A stretch of 63,068 nucleotides of DNA, counting the filler, from Licmophora abbreviata (taxonomy: Eukaryota): assembly GCA_900291995.1 (NCBI GenBank). It is 11 parts of 11 records of this genome, joined end to end, with 100 filler letters (N's around TTAATTAATTAA, not from the genome) between each part and the next. Parts side by side here need not be neighbours in the genome. Positions count along the whole stretch, not along the records: positions 33,489 to 39,013 come from OLMU01001280.1; positions 39,114 to 50,057 come from OLMU01001281.1; 9 more parts are not named here. One strand, written 5' to 3'. Shown here one piece after another: positions 34,658 through 44,859 of this stretch. The translations under genes were made by a program, and so were the position numbers. Positions within the stretch are counted from its first letter, which is position 1, and each line of letters starts with the position of its first letter. The notes beneath the pieces were generated by a model, which was not told the DNA's origin, made no database searches, and saw nothing but the letters and a program-made list of their open reading frames with translations.

Positions 34658-36409
34658 ATGAGATTTTTGCACTTCTGCATGTTTCAGACCATGACCGGAC
34701 GCCCAGCTGCAATCCTGCTGCTACTATGCTGGATGGGACGAGAAACAGTGGGCTTCCAGGCGCCACAACCCGTCCAGAATGGCCCAAGTCGGACTTCGCT
34801 GAAAAATCGCCTGCTAGTCAAGCCGGCAGTCATTCCCCTCTACAATCGTCTCTGGGAGCCGTCTGACGATCTTTCTCTATCACTGGAGCTCAACGTGACA
34901 GATCTTTATTCCATACTGAGCGGCTCGACCACCGCCACCGAAGTGGTCGATGCTGCTGCTGCTGCTTCTACTTCCACTAGCGACCTTGCAGTTTTTGCTC
35001 CACATGAGGAGATAGTACCCTTCGTCTCGGAAGCCAACATGCCCTTCATCATGGCATGCCTCTGCTGGATCGTTGCACTACTGTCGGCACTCGACCGAGT
35101 TGCCATGTCTGTCGCTGTACTTCCCATGTCTCAAGAACTGATGATGAGTGACACTGTGAAAGGGCAGCTTTCATCCTTCTTATCTGTCGGTTATGGAATC
35201 GGAATCATTCCCATGGGCCTGCTCGTCGCATGCGTATCGCCTTCATTGCTGCTGGGCGGTGGACTAGCACTCTGGAGTCTATCTACGATAGCCACACCTC
35301 TGGCGACTGCTAGCCACAGCCTTTTGCCGCTGTATCTGGCCCGTGCGTCCGTCGGGGCCGCCGAAAGTGCAGTTCTTCCCGCTGTGCAGCGACTCGTGTC
35401 CAATTGGGTGTCTCCAGATCAAAAGAGTTTGGCCATGGCGGGTATCTTTTCGGGATTTCAATGTGGTACAATTTCTGCATACATGTTGAGTCCTTGGGTG
35501 ATGGATGAGCTAGGTGGGTGGCGAGGCCTGTTTTTCGTCTACGGCGCAGTTGGACTTGCGTGGCTCGTTCCGTGGATGTTGCTGGCGCAAGATCAACCAG
35601 GGAATCTGGCAGCGTCACAACAAGCGGTCCGAGAAAGTAAACGGAAAGAAGGAGACGCAAATGGAAGTGGTTCTACCTTCGCTACTGTATCCAACGACTC
35701 CGTTCACGTCGCTCGAAGAGGAGGCTCCTTAGCGTCGTCGTTTCAGGAGTCGATGGATGTGCTCAAATCAGCCCCCTGGATTGATTTTGTCAAGTCACCT
35801 GGTGTGTGGGGTATGACCTTGGCGCATGCAGCCAACAACTGGGGTCTGTACAACTCTCTTGCTTGGACGCCTACATTCTATGCCGAGCAGTACGGACTCA
35901 GTGTGCGAGATTCGGCCTTGCTTTCCGTCTTGCCCAGTGTCGCCGGCGCAATCGGTGGACTGGTTGCAGGAACGACAGCTGATAAGATCATTCGAAGCAC
36001 AAATGCCAACAATGATGAAGCTTCGCTAACGAGAGTAAGAAAGATATATCAAGGCATCGCTCTCGGCGGTCCGGCGCTGTGCCTTGCGGTATTGGCGTCA
36101 CATATCCCCGAGCAGCCATGGGTTGCACAAGCGCTTTTGACTGGAACTGTTGGTCTGCAGGCCTTCAATGCAGCTGGATACGGAGCTGCCAACCAAGAGA
36201 AAGCAAGTGAAAGATGGACCGGGCTCCTGTATAGCCTTACAAGCCTTCCTGGTGTCCTGATTGGCAGCTTTGCCGTAGCGTTGACTGGCCAAATTTTAGA
36301 TGCGACGCAGCAAGACTGGAGCTTCGTGTTCGGATTGAATGCGGCCGTGGACGTTCTTGGTGCTGCTGCCTTCTTGATACTTTACAATTCAAGGCAGGAG
36401 TTTGACTGA
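34658..36409 (+). CDS. MFS anion/phosphate transporter (SLC17/PHT4 family), probably plastid-targeted
   Basis: LSALDRVAMSVA, ARASVGAAE, GWRGLF, HAANNWG..WTPTF; about 12 TM segments; signal peptide followed by VG-FQAP. Confidence 0.88.
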   Translation: MRFLHFCMFQTMTGRPAAILLLLCWMGRETVGFQAPQPVQNGPSRTSLKNRLLVKPAVIPLYNRLWEPSDDLSLSLELNVTDLYSILSGSTTATEVVDAAAAASTSTSDLAVFAPHEEIVPFVSEANMPFIMACLCWIVALLSALDRVAMSVAVLPMSQELMMSDTVKGQLSSFLSVGYGIGIIPMGLLVACVSPSLLLGGGLALWSLSTIATPLATASHSLLPLYLARASVGAAESAVLPAVQRLVSNWVSPDQKSLAMAGIFSGFQCGTISAYMLSPWVMDELGGWRGLFFVYGAVGLAWLVPWMLLAQDQPGNLAASQQAVRESKRKEGDANGSGSTFATVSNDSVHVARRGGSLASSFQESMDVLKSAPWIDFVKSPGVWGMTLAHAANNWGLYNSLAWTPTFYAEQYGLSVRDSALLSVLPSVAGAIGGLVAGTTADKIIRSTNANNDEASLTRVRKIYQGIALGGPALCLAVLASHIPEQPWVAQALLTGTVGLQAFNAAGYGAANQEKASERWTGLLYSLTSLPGVLIGSFAVALTGQILDATQQDWSFVFGLNAAVDVLGAAAFLILYNSRQEFD

Positions 36410-36449
36410 ATGAGAAGAGGTGACTTTTTCACACTGCTTCCTGGTATAT

Positions 36450-36645
36450 AAAACCGCTAAGCTAACAAAATCCAATACGCTAGAGCCATCGCATTGTCTT
36501 TTAAGTGGGAGGAACGCCGGTCGTTTCTCTCTCTAGCGTGTTGGCAAACGGCGCAGAAGCCGAGGCAGCCTTTCGACTGGCGTTGGACTTGACAGAGCAG
36601 TCGTTGCTGCTAGCCCTTCGAAGTCGTCGGATACGATCTGCTCAT
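36450..36645 (-). pseudogene. Diverged remnant copy of the 3' end and 3' UTR of the PH-domain gene
   Basis: Translates ADRIRRLRRASSNDCSVKSNASRKA versus ADRIRRLRRASSNDGSVNSHPSRKA at 39233-39438; internal deletion of about 30 nt; in-frame TGA immediately upstream. Confidence 0.8.
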
Positions 36646-36775
36646 TTCCGCCCGAATGCGAATTCGGCCGCCTGGTCCTTGTTCAAATGAAGGCCACTGA
36701 GTTAGATTGTGCACTGCAAGAGAACATTCATAAGCATGCTAGGCCAGGTTGTCAGAAGTAAGATTGCATAAGCAG

Positions 36776-38676
36776 TCATATGTGTTGTGGAACTGCTCTT
36801 TCTGACCCGCCAAGAAGACCGTGCAACGAAAGGAACGAGAACTCGATAGTGATTCGACACCGCTCCGTGCACTGAGAGGGCAGATGGAACTCTTTAAGGC
36901 ACAGTCCGGTTGACCCAGGATATGCAGACAAAGGTTTCGCGATGGCTTCATCATAACCATTCTCGTTATCGACTCTGAGCGTCAGAACAGGTTCTTCCGG
37001 ATCTTGGGATGCATAGAGGCCCGGCAAGCGCGATGTGCACCCTCCAGGACCAGATGGACGAAACACTGCCATTATCTTCCTGTTCGATGTGCGTACCGTC
37101 AGACTTAACGTGGCGGAGAAGTTAAGATTTGCGGGACCGGCCGAACAGAAACGGTGGCGCGGCCATACGTGAACCACTGCAACCATGTTACTCCTCAACG
37201 TATCAACCTCTGCGAGCACGATATTTTCTACTGTGCCCGTCAGACCGGAGTGAATTGCATGCTCCGGAAGTGAAATCTTGTCCATCTCAAGGAAGACCGG
37301 GGAAAAACAGAAATGACGTAGCGACCTGTCTCCAACGCGACACAAGAAAGCATGGTTCTCAGTTCGTGAGGCAACCACTGACATAAGGCTTCCACTGAGT
37401 CTTGTCACCGAGCTATGGTAGATCTCTGTTCGTTTTCGACACCAATGAACGCATTGCAAATAGCGCAAAAATGGCTTGCAGTCCTCTCGATTTCTGGCGG
37501 ACGAGGTTGCGTTCTGTTCACATGAGTTGGGGAGGCTGCGGAAGCCGTGGTGTGCGCACCAGAAAGTCTGGGCCTTGAACGGGGCATCTGGGGGCTGACT
37601 GCATTCCCACAGCTTTGTTGTGTTCAACTGACACGAAGATGGAAACTCCATCTCTTCGCGACACCCCCCACAGTCGTTGCAACAGGTTTCTTCCAAAGAG
37701 TACTGCGTTACAATGCTTCCAGTGTACGAACGATTTTCAGTCCCCTTCCCTGACTCAAGCAGCTCAAATATACCAGCCTGTCTGTGTCCGATCCCACTGA
37801 CATGATTCACACCTCGGCGGATTGTAAACCTTGCTGCAAGATAAAGACTTGTTTCCGTGCTCAAAGAGCGTCCCAATATTTTCTCCCCCCAGATCTTCAA
37901 AGCCGAATGTTGGAATTCGTTCGAGATTGTCGACAGTCTTCCCTTCGAAGATGCCTACGTCATAGTGGCCCTGGTGCATGGCAGCAACGACCCGCGTGGG
38001 AGTCTCGAGAATGCTGCCGCTCGAACAGTGGTGCAGGGGCAGGAACTCGTTCGGCAGCAATCTCTGAAGTTCCGGCTCATACGATACGTTTCCCGTCTCA
38101 AGAGATTCCTTGGTAAGAGTCCACTCCGATATAGGAAAGTTGTTGAGACTAAAGACAGTCAGAGTCAACGAGTGATCTGTCAAGCGACGGAGCGACAAGC
38201 CTAGAGATCTATTTCCATGCACGGGCTTTGCATAAATGGGCAAATCTTGAGCCGGGGACGAGAAGTTCCACGCAACGTTCTCCGTTTTGAATGAAGCCAT
38301 GGTCAAGAAACACGCCGGGGTAACGATGCCTTGTTCGAGAATCACCAGTCCTTCGTCGCCCTCCTCGGGCGGAGCCAGGCGCGCTCGGGAAGGAAACAAA
38401 CTGAGGAGGTATCGGCATACATGGGATATTTTCGTCCCGGACAGGGAAATGCCGAGTGCTGCACATGTGTCGGCGTCAGCATCTAGCGTTGCTGTTGGCC
38501 ATGACTTGTTTTGTCCAGCCACCGGAGCGGTGAGTGCTTCATCTGGATGTTTTCCGGCGGGGAAAAGCTTCGGGTTGATGAGCGTTCACTTCAGAAGCGA
38601 ATCGGGCAGCGGCAAGAGCAGCCAGTACCATCCAAAGTCGTCTCGAACCAGAAAGTGAAAATAGCCGCATTTCCAT
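36776..38676 (-). CDS. Orphan secreted Cys-rich protein (about 632 aa after two frameshift corrections)
   Basis: Signal-peptide-like MEMRLFSLSGSRRLWMVLAALAAARFA; three frames join by removing one base at 38559-38566 and one at 37885-37890. No family recognised. Confidence 0.55.
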
Positions 38677-39297
38677 AGTTCTTACAGATTCAGCCTCTCC
38701 TACACCACTTTTCAAGCGGTGCCGCCGACAGATTTGTCATGCACTGTGTTGCGTGTTGCAGACCGCGGCCACGAGAGACGAGAGCAGTCGACGTACGAGT
38801 ATGTTGATGAATGTGTGCGACGGTTGTGTTTTGAGTTTTGACGACACTGAAAAATGGCTGGCCCGCTCGATAGATTTAACCACTGTGACGTGTGAAACGA
38901 AAGTCCTTCATTTCCTGCGCGCGCGCAGGCTCCAAGCTCATCCAAGCAAAAGCGACCCGGTCCGCCGTACGCAACCAACGCTTATTTAACCGTCTTTTCA
39001 TAACACCTATTACNNNNNNNNNNNNNNNNNNNNNNNNNNNNNNNNNNNNNNNNNNNNTTAATTAATTAANNNNNNNNNNNNNNNNNNNNNNNNNNNNNNN
39101 NNNNNNNNNNNNNCGTCGGAATGACAGCTGCAGATACTACGATAGTATCTGTATCATACCTGTTCCGGAATGAGAGCATCATCGCACATTGAACACGTTG
39201 GACCAGACGTTAAATAGTTGCACTGTCATGCTAAACCGCTATGCTCTCAATTAATTACGTTAGATCCAGCATGCAGTCTTAACATGGACGATCCGCG

Positions 39298-42200
39298 CTA
39301 GCTTGTCGGCAAACGGCGCATGGGCGACCTGGGCGGTCGAGCGCGAGGAGACGCCGAAGGAGCCTTTCGACTTGGGTGGGAGTTAACGGAGCCGTCGTTG
39401 CTGCTGGCCCTTCGTAATCGTCGGATACGGTCAGCACCGAACCGAGACGGAGTAGCCGCCGCTGTCCCCGTTGCCTTCGGTCCCAGTGTCGGACAATCAA
39501 GAACGTAGGTTTGCACAATCTCGTCTCCTTTGATTATCCTACCATTTGGGCCGCCACTCAGCTGGAAACTCTGGCGGAAGTTTGCGCATACAGTCCTACA
39601 GATTGCGTGGTGAGCAGCAAAATGCAAAATTAGACCACCGGCGCACATATTATTGCATTCAAAAAAGACCGACGACTTACGCCCACGTGTCTTCTCGTTC
39701 GTCTCCTTGCGGGTCCAGAGTGCAGACCTTATACTCAGTCGATGCTTTCACAGAAACATTCACAGTCGACCTGCCTCTGGAGCTGCTAGAGAGCGTCTTG
39801 ATCCGACGGTCTATCTCATCCTCGTCGGCGCCAAGGACCGAAGCGTAGTCTTTCAGTGGCACACCGAAAACCCCCGCTGGATGATGGGATTCATCGCGAA
39901 GATTGAATTTTCGAAATACGCCTTTTCCAGAGCTCGTCGATCGCCCATCTTTCTCGTCCCTAGATGCGGCATCAAGTGAGTATGCCCACGGAGTAGCTTT
40001 CTCTTCATTCTCCAAGAGAATCTGACGGTCCACAAAACCATCCTTTCCAAAGAGAGTAATAATAAACTGGTCAGAAGTGTTCTCGTCATGCACAGTCTCA
40101 ACATTCCGCCTTCCATGTCCCCTCTTTGCCAACGTGAGTGTGGCATCAAGTAGTGTCACCTGCCCTCGAAGACCGTGGGGACGTGGGAGCGCCTGCTCGT
40201 AGTAGCTCAACGTGCCCTCTGACAACACAAAATAGCGTCTCTTCCATGGCTTGTGTGGTTTGCTGCGGGTCCTCAGCCAGCCACTCCTATCGCTCATGTT
40301 GTTCTGTTTTCCACGCAGTACGTGAGTCACGCTTATAGAGAGTGGGTCGGCCTTCAAAGAGCTCGGGACAATCACAATGAGCGAAGGATTGTTACATAGA
40401 GTATTCACACAGTAATAGGAATCGCCACCGCTTCTCGTCCGATTGCTGCAAAGGAGAACGTCCCGGGTATATGACAAAGCCTGAGACTCTGAGATGCAAA
40501 ACCTGCGCTTTTGGGATTCTGCAGTTTCTGTTACCATCGGGGATGACTTGTCGAATGTCAGTATTCTATGAACCAACGCGCCGATGATCCTCTCAGGTCC
40601 ATGCCCGCTTCCTCCAACGAAAAGCTCGCCGTTGATTCGTACCGAGTCGCGGAGCAGATCCTTCCAAAGTTGGTCGACGCCAGATGCCACGCCCCCATCG
40701 TGGAACGCCCTCGCGGCACTCTCAGATGACATGTCACCAAGGTGTTTCATTATCCACTGTACGGGAATGTCTAGGGGATTTCCTAACAGCTTCGAAATAG
40801 CTCCCACATATGCTTCTTTCGAGGTCGCGTTCTTCAATTCTCGCTGCATACGAAGATACATTTCCACATCCCGTTTATATGGCGACTTTGACGAGATGCC
40901 ACGATACCGCTTGTGGTTTACGCCATGAATCACAGAGCCTCCGACCGTAGCATCCTGAATTGCCTGGATCCACGTTCGTCTCTCTTCCCGAGAATTCGCC
41001 ATCCACAGACGCTTTGGCCCCCCGTGCACAGTGAGCTCGAAAATAACTCCTCCAGGAGAGAGTTTCAGTGCCTGTTGATGGAGTTTTACCGCTTTACAAG
41101 TGTAGCAATCTGCTTGAAGAGGAATATTCTTGCGGATTAGTTCCCCATGGTCTGTGTCTTTAGAGATCGCGTCCTCGTAGTACGAGAACATGCCACGGCG
41201 GATCTCAACATATTTCACTTTCCAAATGCCGCGAACAAGATGTGAGGCTTTTCTCAGTGGACCAGATTTGATGGTATCGACTTCATTCTCGTCCGTTTCT
41301 GTCAGCACTTTGTCCTTCTGGGCCAGCAGATCAAGCACAGCCTTGATGAAAATACGATGTTCCACAGCGAAATTTCGAGATGCCTCTTGCACACGCTCGT
41401 TCGCAAGAAAGGATGACGCGAGGATGTCCTCGCCCGGTTCGACAGAGTCGCTTCGGACCAAAGAGTTAGCAGATTGCACGAATGATGAAGTCGAATCATC
41501 AAACGGGCAAGACGGCCCGTTGGCCATGGCAGTTCCCCGATCCGTCTTCGATGAGTCTCGTAGGTGCTCATGACTCTTACATTTGTCGTTGGATTTCAGC
41601 ATTGGGGAGCCGAGATATTGGGAGTCGATTCGCCCTCGCAATTCATCGAGGGATTCTGCAAATGCTCGCTGTGATCCGCTCCCAATGTTTGAGTCGCCAG
41701 AAAGGTCAGGGCTGGACGTTTCCTCTCGTGGTGAACTAATCGGCCGTTTCCCCTTGTTCGGTTCCCTGAGAGCCGGGTTTATTGGAATAGTCGTACTCCT
41801 AAAAGAAGAGAGATCCAACCATGGGTCATCATTTGAGCTAGCGGTTGTATCTATCATCTCCAGTAAAGCTTTTGGGCCAAGTCCTTCAAGCGGGCTTGAG
41901 TCGGGTTCGTCTTCCTCGTATGCGATGCTATCCATCCCTATCGAGATATCACTAGCGTCAGATTGCTCATGCTGCTGCATTGCTTCTGCTTTGCTAATTT
42001 TTCCGTTAGATGGCGCCTCGAATTGGCGGCCCAATCGCTCCAGCGCCGTGTCCATTGAAAAGCTGTTGCTTGAATAACCCACGCGATTTTGACTTCTCTG
42101 GCTCTGGTCCAGACCATTGGTCGAGTCTTCATCCGACGACAGCAGCGACTCACACGATGAGCTCCGTGAAGCGTACGAGCGAAGAGGTTTCGTATCGACT

Positions 42201-42658
42201 GCTTTCAGCCGCTTTTTGGCAATGGAGCGCATAGAATGACTTCCAATGGCAACCGTGTCCAGCGCTGGCGGCGGTTGGTCAGCGATGGAGTCGCGGCGGA
42301 AGGAGCGAAGTCGTTCGCTACTCCTGTAGGCCGATTCAGATGAGTTGGAATCACAGGTGCCTCGAGACGCGTCATCTTCGTCAGTCTGGATAACGGGTCG
42401 AGTAATGTCATCAAGGGAGTTCACGTCTGGAGCAGTCGTTTCGGAAGTTTTGGCTTGGCGCAGCGAGCCAGAGGACAAGCGCAGTGCGTCTGAATTGTCG
42501 TCCAAGTTGCGCCCCGTACTCTGCTCATCGTCCGATATCTGACCCACGTCCGAACCGAAAGAAGATCGCCGTACAACCTGTCGAGGACGAAAATTATCCG
42601 TTCTCCAGGGACGAGACGAGAACTCGTCATGGTCGTCGGGTTCCCCAGCGCGGCTCAT
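39298..42658 (-). CDS. Double PH-domain protein
   Basis: IKSGPLRK..WKVKYVEIRRGMFSYY..ERRTWIQAI and RSGWLRT..WKRRYFVLSEGTLSYY; intron 39596-39680. Confidence 0.85.
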
Positions 42659-43316
42659 ACTGTCTCACTCGGATATCTTGGTCACTTGTCCTTATTTTCG
42701 CTTCTCATCTATCGAGTCTGGGCTAGAGTGCTGATCGATTGATGCGAACGGTGGATCTGCATGCCATGACAGCTCCTCTAGTAGACTATCGGTCATGGTG
42801 AAGTGCATGGTTGGTTGGACAAAGCGTTGGGGCGTTGGGAGTGATCTTCATTATGACCTACAAGTCATTTCAATAAATACATACAATGGAAGTAGCTACC
42901 GGGCGTCTTGCGATGATATTCTACTGAATTTTATTGAGTCTAAAGAATCGAAAACATCTGTACCGGTAGACGGGACAGGGACGACAATGCCACTCCTGAT
43001 GTTTCCAATCTCTGTACGCTCAATAATGCGATGGTACACAACCTCTAAGCAAACCATAAGATGAAGAGAAAGATCTTTCCCTCTTGGACTAAACGCAAGG
43101 CGCTTGAGCTAAGGTAAACAGGAACAGGCGATAAAAATTGAATCTGGTGACAGACGACTCATTTGTCGACCTCGACGGGATGGAACCACGCCGGGCCATC
43201 CATCGTGTAGTCTAATATGGAGCTGTCATTTCTATTTCAAGATTTAGCCGTCCCTCAGTCGATGCGGCGATTGCGCGTGGAACATCAGTGCGTGTCCCGT
43301 ATGATACCTCTGCTCG

Positions 43317-44412
43317 TCAGTACCCCTCATGTGTCTTATGCGCATTGTGACTCTCAGTCGTCGCTGGTACGGTCGTTACCTGCTGCAAAGGCACGAGCTC
43401 TTTCGACCCCGTTTTCAGTGGCAGCAATGTTACAGTTCGCGTCTTGCCGTTCTTGACTTTGGGCGTTACATCCAGTGCAGAACAATGATCCGCTGGTCTT
43501 CCATTCATGATAGTCGGCGTGATCGCCGTCCGCAGCGGCTCCTGAGCGCCTGACATTGCCTCTGGTGATCTCGCGCCTCCAGCAGTTTCCGAAACATCGT
43601 CTTCGTCGTCCAGTATAATTTTCTCCTTTTCCAAGGTTGCACCCCAGCTCGACAGAAGCTTTCGTGAAAATTCGAGCAATGACAGTCCCTGCCGCAGAGC
43701 AGCGACGTACCGTTGTCGCAACTAAGCACACAAACGCAGCGGGTAGAGCACGTGAGCAGTGCGGAGAAAGAGCGAGACAAGAGAGCACGCTTCTGCATAC
43801 CTGTAGCCGCACGTTTCGTTGTTGCGGAGTCTCGTCCACCCACGCCTCTCTCAGCAGGCGGACGGCTGTCGCGTCGTCGGGCTGATTGCACACAGTACCA
43901 ATGAGATCTTGTGCGTACGGTAAAATCGCAGAGTCTATTCCAGCCTTCACCACATATTTCAGTCTATCTGCCAACAGCTCCTTGTTTCGCACGACTTTCT
44001 TCCTTTTTCCCTCTGGCGTTTTGAAGACACCATCTTGATGTTTCCGCTTCTTGAGTCGATCGGGGTCTCGCCTTTTGGTATCAATGTACTTGAGCGAGTT
44101 GATTATTCTCCGGAGTCCCAACTGTCTGCCTAATACGACCCATGAGTCGGACTGTGGGTCCTTTTTCAAGAAGTACCCCTTGCGGTCCACGGTGATGATA
44201 TCGTAGATTCTGCGGGCAGCCGTGGTCAACAGAGGTCCTCTTCCTTCGGGCGGGATTGTCGCATTCTCAATCAGATTCCAGTAAAAAATATTCCCAGGGT
44301 GCGACCTCTGGAGTTTACGACTTCTTGATGCAAATACATCGCAATCACGGGGGCGCGGAACAGCGGTTCCTGGCGAAGGAGGTGCATCATCGTCCTCCGC
44401 GTGGTCCGACAT
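43317..44412 (-). CDS. DUF6824-like domain protein
   Basis: PRDCDVF..HPGNIFYWNLI..GYFLKKD..WVVL pattern typical of this diatom-expanded family; intron 43722-43800. Confidence 0.7.
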
Positions 44413-44859
44413 TACGACGAATGGTGAGGGTTAGAGGCCGCGTTTCAAGTTCAAACGTCTTCCAAAGTCACTGTATTTCGTCTTTAGCAGCCTTTCAATG
44501 CCACTGGACGAGTCAATTCAAGGCAATATCAGCGGCAACAAGGAGGTCAAGCGTCGCGGAGTGGGTTGGGTGGGTGTGCCATGGCCGCAAAAAAGGATGA
44601 GCAATGAATGCGTGAGGAGTGTGCACAGCCCGGGCACCATCAGCACTTTGTCGCCTCATTATCAGCCTGACGAGCGCTCCGACGCGCGCGAGCGGGCCTG
44701 TCCGCACGCTGGGCAATTTTTAATTTTTGAATTGAGTTTCGACCGTTGCCTCGAACCTGGAAAATCCTTTTCTCTGTTCGACCATGATGTAAGAGCATGA
44801 GCAGGACGGTACCGCAGACATGATATGAGAAACTCGTCACAGCAACAGCAACATACTTC

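Noticed and set aside
17464..36409. PhoX plus PHT4 as a phosphate-acquisition cluster
   Set aside because: More than 15 kb and six unrelated genes apart, with different predicted compartments.
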